Below are positions 35,801 to 43,900 of a stretch of 64,000 nucleotides of DNA, piece by piece; within the stretch, counting starts at the first letter, position 1, and each line of letters opens with the position of its first letter. Source of the DNA: a virus; IMG/VR virus record IMGVR_UViG_3300013132_000046, positions 4,575 through 68,574 of that record. The stretch is one strand, 5' to 3'. The notes under the pieces are model-generated. The model saw only the letters and a program-made list of their open reading frames with translations, searched no databases and had not been told where the DNA came from. The position numbers and the translations under genes were made by a program.

Positions 35801-36351
35801 AAACCCTGACTTTGGTTTAAAAGGCTTTCTACGTTTTCTTCTCTTTTCTTTAAACGCTCTTCTTCAATGATTATTTTTTCTTGTAGATCAGCAACTATAT
35901 CTCCGTCACCAGCTGCTTCGTGAACCTTAACAAGTTTTTCTAAATATTCAATATGGTTTCTTCGGTTTATAGCAGCCGTAGCAAAACTTTTTTCACCATC
36001 TAACTCAACACCACGCTTCTTAAGTAGATCAAAGAACTTAATTGCTTTTTCGTCACCTAAGGCATTTCTAATTACCCTACCAATACTACCTTTTACATTA
36101 TCAGATGTCAAGAAAGATTCATCAATAATGTCTGTTAGTTCATAGAATATTGTTACTAACTCTTTCTTTTCATCTTCTGTTAATGGATTCTTATCTACTT
36201 TTGTTAGGAACCCCAGTTTATCTAGTGTTTCAGAATCTGATTTAATTGTTGCTTCTGTCTTAACAAACTCCATTGCCTTGGATACGGACATACCTTTGGC
36301 TATAAGCTCTATCAACTTTCTCTGTAAACTGGGTAAATCGCAAAGTGGCAT
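23833..36351 (-). CDS. Giant internal virion/ejection protein (4172 aa) with DEDDy exonuclease, N4-vRNAP-like RNA polymerase and zincin-like domains
   Basis: Follows gp14/15/16-like genes. Exo IDIET(612-614)/HNGNGFD(704)/YAEND(821-825); RNAP motif A SDYKYNGKHNILAML (D1360,G1365) and motif B KEFLKGAVTPAFYQAG (K1486,Y1494); EELVH..DEFFA (2740-2803). Confidence 0.8.
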   Translation of the reverse strand: MPLCDLPSLQRKLIELIAKGMSVSKAMEFVKTEATIKSDSETLDKLGFLTKVDKNPLTEDEKKELVTIFYELTDIIDESFLTSDNVKGSIGRVIRNALGDEKAIKFFDLLKKRGVELDGEKSFATAAINRRNHIEYLEKLVKVHEAAGDGDIVADLQEKIIIEEERLKKREENVESLLNQSQGLLEKEFILENFIYIAQLIEESGKTSTVIDADSKVEAKQQQIKAKELDIRLLEGKIAALESKIILTKDKAKKKSFKDEKDKAKKDRKEAVKQLGKLNSELKKALTSLSIASLKDITGIDMTKRVESLTKFKFNLEKELNKVQARMMELGLTSLVRDVRDVSMTSQQMIINQRKLMTIATEGMNLRLSYLNNEIERSGAVVVSQVEEMFGEFAVKTVIGKREKLEDGKTEDLSPMNEAEVKEASQIWRNQLLSSYDGSFFTEDPALLTEEALNTLKSFAVGRGVVDASSPEAIDPTFAPSLTADQVAVHPDNNRGTIPAKNRVKSHREAARVIEGSVRRLRSVFGFKYFNGTINEKLLRQVLGDRLMDIHPEAFQKAYLKTMQRRVISQVGIDDKLSMARNLIKLHGGDPETMPDFADGFDKDNSRLITIDIETFGDVNDPDRKVDGIYSIQIATYDSSNPAALTRSNEVLVNNGTDLVDVKTTEAKERQVLTNDQVTSVLKRIEELQNMGYKLITHNGNGFDLPQLRFFTSDSDLLARVSLRSFDLLANITSQAPGINMFEKSRVRGKKLKELAKNNLPTKTPVLSYPDPTTGKPRIQFTTGYPVNLVTGEEIKLGEGGITELWRRGQETGDFFEFDAYAENDTETTLALFLHMSDPGISSLALQGSDLDEVTTISITPPKSNLLLNNSIEFTGLIPLDTLSDITKITPKVTDIVEQTYMVSSYGYDANAVYDILINWYLKSLLGDPTTNEAKINAVINGLEGRAAEETNFDRSLRRIALENQRAINPLLDELFTKYGFVLSLNYNINDRNEAVVSINDNLDGSMPVGEFKQDGLFSNSVRSAERYENAVLDSFIKFISKSEVKNRFNKAMLDRVKAEPRKETESESQYWERVILDYFKPFVPGLSALQDFGNGSLDWKPADEVGIAFAQVMMDQKPDISVTDVLLQRGNEVESVMQMDDRTLLARGGKGRRKIFGMPSKDKVNMAQPHSLDNEELAYEGWRLQQRVNAILDMDLSDPAVLSSVYSWLETPLTQEPRDPISFFARQQVLDISPDVTVRSPFAAIPNLAERRLLVEEHLYEIPRLLMSFNHDCTYMGMKAPPRFFKDTQPVFYMQDFMSAGGPTAAALMGGAIDQLAHMISYGLMTPDGVKELENVLDRGMEILRTNGDAAWNTSNKSDYKYNGKHNILAMLIAFNDGNFKVMDDLLQVLKATDETGAPATFAGKKVVVAGKDLGDPRFMFIDILLGTSDKNSPYFGTNMLNEMATNPSKFNITPEDAELAKALRAKMGDPSDEKNRAQLKEFLKGAVTPAFYQAGYPGILQGLQEKVKETNLDLTEDEIEFLARMSVRSQLIGSSRLIDEVIGFSRENIQDLRNILLSNAQRLNSSTYSSTLNGSKALGEARSRMERLGSMQEFISVSAKETAKSVARVRGIVNPSNRKLEEIEQEIEAELLTKWKARLDKASSIWEGKAIDSMSPEEYATFIYEMNVALAGGEEAAQNHLMIYALNRRATTPFVLDEDVADIHRFVMGVHIDKEDYTRYLNKEIYFRYGVETASGRNHMVSWYGLGPESSKYAQPRVMEPGGDYNPYGMWKIEEKQAARADFEQIFARQMLLNLAKFYRPTIVTGYKPEINENRTKYFLDLQARSAKEIEAAEVSRYLEKAPKIRKYTVGGIEITAKERNDRNKKAAGTAYARLRFRTLASDTVSSREEIILDPTVDGYGALRPAYADIDFTQRGIYALAAAQHAARIKQNQALQQLAEVEGALSADPNGFVPESLRGYKSPYEPQNMPMIPQSSDDVIGAIALGQKERVEQNAIRLQNVLTEFAKLHGLDESLEAKDWGRIFAVMQLRNKALNPAIDTLQKASQSKTSIDEVLEKDELVREARIRYIDGFLRTAGISSATLSGLKRFSPLDLMATLEERTLSLDTINDIKATFGEEPGWLQVLTYLGTRGKIERLMSMEFGITLDPGVIVRGRQGRAGIPSTTQVPVVAFGREVMHLYQVIGASETAKQVATKMIVGTPYETDPNVKYDSNGFVIIESLDPRTDSALYKKIWNATLLEKQSIAEELLKNFYFAVNSENRVTLRDKNNKVFREDEQLEKLTVQGPTDPYAQITSQVDNPSTLWLNTPQGLIQMLNNLENYKLFSEIELAIQTNKEIYGFKTEIDSVIQEKEAQMFEKMRDMEDELSESIAFLYETDPGTVKPAMLKDYRRVNIDGKSKDVLDLGYYLRSSGDNPATITITIPTSDTYIVAGRAFKTVKQQKINISVADAPFLTVLTEVLVKAQQLGFEDKASQIGDFIVWANNNKTQLPKSVKSPNALIKIAAMMYKVAGNDAAERSVYRYFNAEGLKTSQKQQIDDVVSALMYVMDNEPHDNAKEYYVTRAAMERVVAEPRNLTSDAVFVRAMATASGKELTPAVVSNIRAAVEDFIRPQLEPEIADEIYSDASSSAVYTDPDDFIMSFSNPAHRESAEKFVNYLDGLVSGGVISARARDMKLMLIGNLAKHNPDIVEELTIESFAGEGKDGIMFAAKRNGRYVIGQNITAMKVTAENEILFRFAEELVHIARLKYVKTNSPEWRKVTGLFDTTRSKPVIREMLLAMNNGKPYENLEQEVEYALSNTDEFFAHMGAFFLLRNVLGSKEAITKLRDKYAPVGRAYRLWENAFYAIKKMAQRVLITFNKLNDNTEYSSFMKEAEDVVMAVIGTGMSTRADVGNPDAQLNAFKRVVATENNRQLTPTEMADLNILISELRVEEQNYKIESSKPIPNMATLAAIDSKINDLKQKIREKDINTFMNISVGFVARTLADLDDFSTTKGSRLTERDLLDNGFRRAFLVGLIQRGIDRRGERADEGTAAGIIRSIPFVGSELMISTILQNNLLQGFMNATSLTYNSPFAPLAILTELIDQASVTTKGSLQSDVSGIQNDKLLIDPYVYNVMIKSADLSSEYPNNLNMQHAIIQDVVRNLLGIRPILTGAKEQKHVESLTGAFRLLTDKTVELQTQVGMLEKTSKNDVFPVRLRDTSLLQDRNLARDAFDIIKQELVNKNIAMLDTNGKYATFSPLLGYTSGIIPLNPEEMLVADEASLNKVVADIISGKDTIANGGREAIINWAVRTAAKQSIGRTGITTVADYASTQSLVRIHKDVQEIIHKILWQTRDGDVTLEKTFGGMTTQNMDMVVLAFKKAFLIPTDEKTAERWNTKFQRDDVRKHFSISDRNMPHGLTGEMTGILGPSDVLTIEFLNRVTKSSALFKQDSVFLTSRDVFLSTNPNMLKLFETNLSTLAKGTGKIAYDAIERKMVQQLSGIPNAYFNISQILDMFEAENDQTVNSNSRNITLFDQRGERNLKIDNNALMRQGINRLRLALLETKGNLVRDTTDMGQSLADWNNRAKTLVLMRFGMNINTATYMVEGVMSTMSQMFQESNPFVGVISSFRFLRDMAEDGIVNAANAIVDTSGFPGKVTDASGRTKRQFFPIRQRKIRRLAQNTLSFVEETTSPMLPSNLLSMDPSSDLIEKLGFWDRWKLNRSRSNSSAMKSVRVAMDAAGNRLIVKLERMGHLNRFRDAYRAAATKPTTVGQIKELLRQNKLGFIDQEVAVYIIQSGLLEGKRLEALRYIRTEKNTFRGVILFQDMMDVELELKDSTSPRSTGPLPRPFLTRNELLAELSLAKTAMAKFQEFNTTRGMVVRKALDAPRSDNLATDLLTFYKSYTSLFVAQQIIRRGSTASFPKMGMMLATASLLDFTYNLVLALARGTLSYEDILEKLNRRDNISEIARYVMRNPIFSNNILGLIANASIAAATGRSQGGMLSSVAEAGLMQQFKDIYKMVEAFASPQETWDAKTWAAYKALGPWLIANGYSLPIRVAVAQAWGTSSPTSGGSYRGAKGDISAIIDSMSTPVEDTTNALIREMFPEYPAVLRGETQYNNIPKRHLEEYLKRSSERLQQPQLPQPKQPQLPQPQQPQLPQPQPQQPQPQQTSTSVDLQKANQPIQAPEALL
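23899..23997 (-). repeat. Tandem 24-nt repeat encoding a (Q/K)QPQLPQP C-terminal tail
   Basis: Repeated tgtggttgctgtggttgtggcaa(c/t) units. Confidence 0.85.
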
Positions 36352-36366
36352 TAAATAATCCTTTCG

Positions 36367-39300
36367 TTAGCATGGTTTTGTTAATGAGTTTAACAATTCT
36401 TTTTTGTCGTTTATATCATCTATATCTTCAATAAGTGATAAGACATAGGTTAAGCTTAGGTTATTAGCTTCTAATAGTTGTTTAAATCTACCTACCTCAT
36501 CCTTAGTATAACCTAAGTTCTCAAGTTCAGCAGCGGCTGCTGCATCTTCTTTGCTATATACTTGGCTTTCGGTTACTGGATCTGGAGATGTAATTGGGGT
36601 AGATGGAGCAGTAACAACCGGTTCTGCTGGGGCCGTGGAGGCTATTACAGGCGTTACAGCTGGCTCTGCTACTGTCGGTGGGGTAACTGCCTCGGTAGCC
36701 GCAGCCTTAAGAGCTGTTTCAAATATCTTCCGTTGCTCTGGAGTAAGGTTTTTTCTAACCCCAGCAATGTTTGCTTTTAGTTGCTTACGAATATTATCAA
36801 AGTACTTAGCAAGCTGAGGATCAATAGCTCCACCGCTTTGCTTAATAGCCAGTTGCTTGGTGATCTCTGACTCAATTTTCTTCTCCAAAATCTGGCTATA
36901 TGATTGTGTGGCACTATCCATGCCAATTTCAGAAAACGTCAATTCATTCCCGAAAAACTCGCGTGACAATTGTTGTCCTAGCTGTGCATCCGCTTCCGTT
37001 GCTCCGTGCATGACAATTTGATCGGAAAGTTGGCTTCCTTGGTCCAAATTTTGAACTGTTTTGATGTCTCCGTTGTAACCGCGAGACTGGAGCAATTCCA
37101 TGAATTGCTTGACTTTGTCTGGAGTCAAGGCACTATATATATTTTCAAATCCGGCATATGCCTTATGGGTAACCCCACTGGTGTTTGCGCCGCCATTTAT
37201 TTTGAAATACAACCATGTATTGCTTTTAGCGGTTCCGCTACGAATGCGAATGCCATTAGCAATTTGCTTGCTAGTTGCGGCATCGCGTTGGATTTGTTGA
37301 GCAAACAAGTCAAATGCAGTATCTGCCTGTTGTTGTTGCGGAGTTGCGGACGAACGCATGGACTTTCGCAATGCTTGATATTCTGCCATAGACGTTGCAT
37401 TTCGCAGCGTTGTAGCCATTCGCAATTGATTGTCAGTAATACGCAACCCATTATCAATAGCAAACTGAACGTATTGTTCTCTTGTCAACGTTGACAAATC
37501 AACACCTTGTTGCTTTGCAACACTTGCCAAAACCCACTGCGCGTTCCAGTCGTACAACTTAGGGTCTGTCGCGTATGTCACATAATTACTTGTACTTGTA
37601 GACAACGTATTACGGCCTTGCTTAATAGCTTCTCGCTCAGCTAGGAATAGTACTCGCTGGGTGTTTACCAAGACCTGTGCCTGCTCCTTTGGAGCTAGCT
37701 TACTGAAGTCTGTCTCGCCAGTACTAGCCATTGCAAGCCGTTGGGCATCCTGATAGGTCCGTAGTGAGTTAGATCGTACAGCTCGTTCTACAACGCTTTG
37801 TAGTGGCTCTGCTGGGCCTTGGTTAATCGCTGGGTTAGTTGGAGCAGAGTCGGCTGCGGTTGAAGAACCACCGATCTCACGGGCAGTAGCTGCTTCGGTA
37901 GCCGCAGGAGCGACTGTAGGGGCTGGAGTAGCTGGTTGGTCTACAGTTAATGCTAAACTTCCGTCTATCCCTAAACTCCTGTCTATAAGCCCTTGCTGAG
38001 CTTGTTTTAGCTCTTCTTCTCCTGTTTGTAGACCTCTTGCAGATTCTTCAGCCATCGTTTGTGCATTAGCCGCCATTCTATCTAAGTCTTGTCTACGTCT
38101 TTCAGCAATCCTTTCAGCAATCCTAGCTTGTCTGGCTTCTTCTCTTTTTCTAGCTGGTGCATCTAAGATATCTTGTAACTGCATAAAGAAGTTACCAAAT
38201 CTGGAAGATAAACGTGCATTTGATGTTTCAATAGAATCCTGTGTATCCTGATTAAGAACTGTTTCTATTCCTTCTCTTACAAATGTTTGTTCAAGTAAAG
38301 AAGTTATTAACTTCATCCTTTTATCTGTATTACCAGAAATAGAATCAACAATCTTTTTATCGTTTTCGTCAGTAGAATTTAGGAAATCACTAAGGGCTTT
38401 GTTTAAATCTGATTCAGCTTGAGCTAAATCTGCGGCCTTACCAGATTGCTGCGCATCTTTTAGTTTTTTAGCTAGTTCACTATTTACTTTTAGGATATGT
38501 TCTTTTATTGCTTTATTAGTTGATTCTCTTGCCATTATGGTCAGAGCGTTTGTTCTAGTATCTGCGCGCATACCAGCACCAACCAGGGTTAATAAAGAAA
38601 TAGCACCATCCTCAGTAAACTTAACGCCATTACCAGTATCTTTACTTACAATACCGGCTTCCATTAAATCTTTTAATGAAGTTGGATCTGCATTATAGTT
38701 TGTTTGTAATCCTTCAGCAACTTTACTTACTAAGACACCAGCTTCCATAAGGTTTCCCGTTGATATAGCACCTTCCGTACTTCGTAGTTGTCCAGCAATT
38801 TGAGAAAGAACTGGTATAGCTGTTTCGGCTCTACTTAGTCTACCTTCGCTTACTGAACCAAGGGTGTCTTCTAAAACAATCCCACGAACAACCTGTTCTA
38901 GTCTAATTTGTTGTTGAATTGGACTTAGGTTTTCATATTTTCCGTTTAGTGTATCCATGTAGAGACTTAGTTCTTGCATTCTGCTTTTGCTAAGATTGAA
39001 TATACTAGCAACACGGTTGACAACGCCCTTACTTACGGCTCTACCAGAAAGGTGTACTGGAATAGATGCGCCACCAATTATACCACCAAGCACTGGTTCC
39101 ATTAACGCACCCTCAACAGAAGAGTGGTATAACTGTTCCCAGTCAAAGCTTTCTCTTAAGCCAAGTGCTATTTCGTAGTTTTGATTAACAATGTCAGTAA
39201 ATCCTTCTTCTACAAAACCTTCAGCACCTTGAGATAGAGTCCATATACCCCCGCGTGCTGGTAATCTTGTATACCACTTTAAGTTTTGTATATAGTTAGA

Positions 39301-40902
39301 AGCACTAGGTAATCTACTTAGTGTTTTTTCTAGTAGGGTTGTTGGAATATTGGCTGGTAACCACCGCACAACATTACTAGTTGCCCTACTTACTTCAGAT
39401 GCAACTCTAGTACTACCACCAATAGCTGTTCTTAGTGCTGCTGTTCTTGTTGCTCCTGTTGCTGCTGTTCTAGCAGAAGCCATAGCAGTAGCACGCAAAC
39501 CACCAGCTACTAGTAAATTAGTACCACCAGAAGCTACTGTGATCCCTAGTTGTCCAACAAAGTCTCCAGAAATTAATGTACTCTGAAGCATATCAGAACC
39601 TTTATAAAACTTATCCCACCACCAACCGTCTGTTTTTTCTATAGTAGAAAGGGATCTAGAAATTGAGTTATTAATAAATACTCTATTTACATAACCACGG
39701 AACTCACCAGCAGTTTGCATTGATCTTAGAGTATTTGGATCTGCACCAGCTTTTACCATTTCTACATACAACTCTGGATCTCTTTCTATAATTAAATCAA
39801 CTAAAAGATTAGCATTAATTTTAGGAGATAATTCTCTAGCTACTTCATCTGGATTTGTTGTAGTACCGCTGATTGTACTAAATAAAAAATCAACGATTGG
39901 GACGTTATTCGGATCGACAAAACCAAGAACTGATGGATCAGCTGCTCCATAGTCTCCTGCTCTTTTATATCTAGTCCAGTTATTATTAGCGTCTAAGTTA
40001 TAGTTGTAAAAAGACTCTTCAAATTCATTTCTTCTTAGGTATGTCTCTAATCCAAGTTTAGTAACTGTAGCAAGAATAGGCATTGCATCTTTTGCTAATA
40101 CTGGATTACCATTTTCATAGCCTATAATTGAGTTTGGTCCTACCGGTTCATCTGGATCATTACCAACTAAAGAAGAACCAAGGCTACCAAAGGTAACTGG
40201 ATTACCAGATCTATCAGTATAGTAAACATCGCCCTGCTCATTTGTTTTTGCATTCCATCCTGGTATTTGTTCTACTTTAGGTTTCCATGCTGGACTTGTT
40301 TCAAATAGTGAGGTTGAGTTGTATAATCTATTAGACGATGCTACAACACCTTGGTTTGATGTAAGAAGTTCTAGCCTGCTACCAGCATAAGAGCCAGCCG
40401 CAGAACTTTCGTAAAATCCCATAGTACCTAATCTAAAATTACCAGATTTATCCATTGATAGAGCGCCGACATCTCCAAAATCTTTCTGAGCTTGTTCTTC
40501 AATGTCAGATCTTCCACCAGTTTTTCTTGAAAACCTTTGAAAAAAGGATAATTTTTCTTCATCTGTTTTTGGTGCAGTTGGTTCTGATGGTGTTGCTTTT
40601 GCAGTTTCACTACTTATTGCTAGATTAGTAAAAAACTCTGGTGGTAGTTGTTTTTCTTTTTTTTCTGCAAATGGACTAGATGATGGAGGAATTGGAGTAT
40701 CAATAATACCTAAGCCACCAACTCTAAGTTGACTAACCATATTTCTATAGTATGGCTCAATCTCTGATTGAGTTGCCGTATCAATAGCAAATACTTTTGT
40801 TAAATTTAGTATTCTTTCTTTTTCAACTTCACTTAGTTCTCTTGGTTGAAATGGTTGTATTGGGTTTTGTTCTCGAAATCGTCCAACACTATATTGATCC
40901 AT
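36367..40902 (-). CDS. Internal virion/ejection protein (gp16-position, 1511 aa)
   Basis: Size and position; hydrophobic G/A-rich segments and EG..EE..TD motif typical of ejection proteins; no transglycosylase motif recognised. Confidence 0.65.
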   Translation of the reverse strand: MDQYSVGRFREQNPIQPFQPRELSEVEKERILNLTKVFAIDTATQSEIEPYYRNMVSQLRVGGLGIIDTPIPPSSSPFAEKKEKQLPPEFFTNLAISSETAKATPSEPTAPKTDEEKLSFFQRFSRKTGGRSDIEEQAQKDFGDVGALSMDKSGNFRLGTMGFYESSAAGSYAGSRLELLTSNQGVVASSNRLYNSTSLFETSPAWKPKVEQIPGWNAKTNEQGDVYYTDRSGNPVTFGSLGSSLVGNDPDEPVGPNSIIGYENGNPVLAKDAMPILATVTKLGLETYLRRNEFEESFYNYNLDANNNWTRYKRAGDYGAADPSVLGFVDPNNVPIVDFLFSTISGTTTNPDEVARELSPKINANLLVDLIIERDPELYVEMVKAGADPNTLRSMQTAGEFRGYVNRVFINNSISRSLSTIEKTDGWWWDKFYKGSDMLQSTLISGDFVGQLGITVASGGTNLLVAGGLRATAMASARTAATGATRTAALRTAIGGSTRVASEVSRATSNVVRWLPANIPTTLLEKTLSRLPSASNYIQNLKWYTRLPARGGIWTLSQGAEGFVEEGFTDIVNQNYEIALGLRESFDWEQLYHSSVEGALMEPVLGGIIGGASIPVHLSGRAVSKGVVNRVASIFNLSKSRMQELSLYMDTLNGKYENLSPIQQQIRLEQVVRGIVLEDTLGSVSEGRLSRAETAIPVLSQIAGQLRSTEGAISTGNLMEAGVLVSKVAEGLQTNYNADPTSLKDLMEAGIVSKDTGNGVKFTEDGAISLLTLVGAGMRADTRTNALTIMARESTNKAIKEHILKVNSELAKKLKDAQQSGKAADLAQAESDLNKALSDFLNSTDENDKKIVDSISGNTDKRMKLITSLLEQTFVREGIETVLNQDTQDSIETSNARLSSRFGNFFMQLQDILDAPARKREEARQARIAERIAERRRQDLDRMAANAQTMAEESARGLQTGEEELKQAQQGLIDRSLGIDGSLALTVDQPATPAPTVAPAATEAATAREIGGSSTAADSAPTNPAINQGPAEPLQSVVERAVRSNSLRTYQDAQRLAMASTGETDFSKLAPKEQAQVLVNTQRVLFLAEREAIKQGRNTLSTSTSNYVTYATDPKLYDWNAQWVLASVAKQQGVDLSTLTREQYVQFAIDNGLRITDNQLRMATTLRNATSMAEYQALRKSMRSSATPQQQQADTAFDLFAQQIQRDAATSKQIANGIRIRSGTAKSNTWLYFKINGGANTSGVTHKAYAGFENIYSALTPDKVKQFMELLQSRGYNGDIKTVQNLDQGSQLSDQIVMHGATEADAQLGQQLSREFFGNELTFSEIGMDSATQSYSQILEKKIESEITKQLAIKQSGGAIDPQLAKYFDNIRKQLKANIAGVRKNLTPEQRKIFETALKAAATEAVTPPTVAEPAVTPVIASTAPAEPVVTAPSTPITSPDPVTESQVYSKEDAAAAAELENLGYTKDEVGRFKQLLEANNLSLTYVLSLIEDIDDINDKKELLNSLTKPC

Positions 40903-43900
40903 TATCTAACTCCTTGCTGTAAATCCCTTATTATCTTAAATGTTCTAGTAAATCTAACATTTCTGGATATTTCATTATTGGCTGGTGCATTAGTATCTAC
41001 ATTTGGAAATGCTCCAGGTATCCCATACGGAACAAGATTATTACCGCGTTTAATTAGTAGTACTGGTTTTTTTGTATCAAATGCTACATCAAACTTAACT
41101 TTATTTTGTGATCCAGCACCGATGTTAGCATCTTTTAGTATTTTTAAAAGCTCTACACCCTGGCCCGTAGATGAAAGATGCTCAAGTACCGAAGTTGAAT
41201 CAAGTCTTAAGTTAGGATTTGTAGTTAGGTTTAGTCCAAACATATCTGAAACATACTTTATGTTACTTTCAGTAGCGGGTAAGGACATTAAACCAACAAT
41301 TACCTGATCTGTTGGATCTAATCCTACTTCTATACCCCTGCGTTCACTGGGGTCTTTATCTACAATTTCTCTTAGTAATTCTGCATCTGCTTCAATCACA
41401 TCAGCTATATCTGGTCTATCAACTGGTGAGTCTGTGCCTATCCAGCTGTCGAATTTATTTTCTATGTCATCAAAGTTAGGTATTTGTGCGTCACCAGACA
41501 TTGCTTCTACAGCTTTTTGGCGCATTGTTTCTGGTTGTAATTCACTAGGTAATCTAGGAATATTTGGTAATCTTGTCTGGTAGCTTATTTGAGTATTTGA
41601 TCCTGGATTTCCAGTAATAAAACTAGAACTAACCCTACCATTAGTAAATGTAAATGTAGGTGAAAACTTTGGAATACTAGCTCCAGATACCTCGCTATAT
41701 TTAATACCAGATCTAAATAACTCTTTAACACCACTAAATCTCTCTTCTGGTGTACCTATTAATTCCGCTCTGTCCATTACTCCATTTAATATTATAGGAA
41801 GTTTCATTAAAGATTTAACAGTTTCTGGATTTCCCTTTAATGCTTCATTAAAATAATACTGTAGTTTTTGGTCTGGCGTTAGTTTGTTCCAAGGTAATAG
41901 AGTTTCTGTTGATACCATTCTAGTCCCACCACCCAAACTTTTTTCTTGTGTACTTGATACAGTAGTAACAACTGTTTTATTTTCTGTATCACCGGGTAAT
42001 GGAATTCCATTTGGTAATAGTGGTTTTAATAAACCATGTATTTGCTCTAAAGATGATTGAGCAACTACTTCTGGTGAACCAACAATAGAAGCAGCCGGAA
42101 CTCCAATTTCCTTTGCCATTGCAATCGTTACATATGTTCCAAATTCTTCATCAGAGCCGAGTGGACTTGTGTTACCAGCTTGTAGTGCTCTTGTATATGT
42201 ATTAACTCTTTCTCCAGCAGTAGTTCCCACTGAATATCTAACATCTACTGAGCCAGATCCAGTAACAGCAGCTAAAGATACGTCAAGAGCTGTAGCATAT
42301 ATTGTATTATACTTACTAATATTAGCAGTTGGTGGTATTTCTTGTGATGCCACAAATTCCATAAAGTTTTGCATTACTGGTTGATCATTAAACACACCAA
42401 TAGTTTGTTTTGAGTTTTTAAAACCTCTAGTCATTTCTAGCACGGCAAAGAAATTACTTGGCGTTAGATCATCAATACTCTCAGTCGATAAAGCTTCTAA
42501 TCTTCTTTTGTAATCAGCTAAATATTCATCTCTACCAGCATAACCTAAATCACTTGCGATTGTTTCTGCTTGTATTCTAAGTTTTAAACCTATTCTTCTA
42601 CCATCCGGGGTAATAATTCCTGCATTATCTACCCAGTTTGTTTGGTCGATTAAAGCAGCATCAACTGGTTCTAGTAGATCAAAGTACTTTAATTCGTCTT
42701 TTGATTTTCCATAAAGTGTTTTATAAGCATCATCAACTTTAGTTAAAACTTGATTAGCCTCAATTAACCTTATTTGTTCTGTTGTTGCTCTACCCGAACT
42801 TAATGCACTGTACGCATCTGTTTCTTCGGTTGAGAGTAATCTCTTACTTTGAGCTGTAAGTAGTAATGCCTGTTCAGCTGCTAATCCAAATGTAGTTTCA
42901 AATCTAGCAGCAACATCATATATTATACCGGCTTCTCTTCTTGCTTCTGGTGTGGCAAATGGATCATTAAACACATCTAAAGCTTTTTGAACTATACTTG
43001 GATCTTTAATTATTGCTTGTTTTGCTGCTGTTTCACCTGGTATATTTACACCAAGTTTTGATGATCCTGTTCCAGTAGCTCCCCTAGAAGATTTAATACC
43101 AGATTCAGATAAGGTTTTAACAAAATCATCCTGTATTTTTATTAGATTTTCTGGAGTAAGTCCTACGCTATCTAATAGTTTTTTATCCTCGGGGCTTAGA
43201 TTTCTAATAATATCAGCTGGCATTTCTGTTCTAAGTGTTACAAATCCATCTTTATCTTTAGTAACAAATAATTGCTCTACTGTTGAGATTGGTAATCCAG
43301 TTTGTACACTAAACTGTTGTACAAATTTTGAAGTTGTGTCTTCAAGACTTGGTGGTTGATTACCCATGACGGTACTGATTTCAATACTTCTTCTTAAAGA
43401 TTCAGATACTCTAACTGATGCATCCATTACACTAGAAGAAATACTTTGACCTTCTTTTGTTTCTCTAACAAAACTAACTATATCTTTTGTTTTTAATCCT
43501 TTTAAAGATCCTTTTAGTGGTAATGACCTAAAACCATTATTTAGTCCTCCTTCAAGTATTCGTATTTGTTCTTCTATTGGTAGTTGACTTAATTTACCTG
43601 TTTCTAAATCATTTAGTATATCAGTAGCATTCCTAGTCTTAAAAACCTTATCTAGTTCTTCTTCAAGTATTCGTATTTTTTCTGCTGGTGGTAGTTGACT
43701 AAAGTTTAAGTCACCATTTAATCTACCGGTTTCTAAACCATATAGTATATCAGTAGCATACTTAGTAATTGTATTTAGCTGTTGTGTTTCGTTTTGATCA
43801 GCTAATACTTGTTTTAATGAGGTTGTTGTAGACTCTAGATTTTCTGGTGTTGGGTTGGCTCTAAAATTTAAAGATGCTATATCATAAGCAGAAGATGCTC

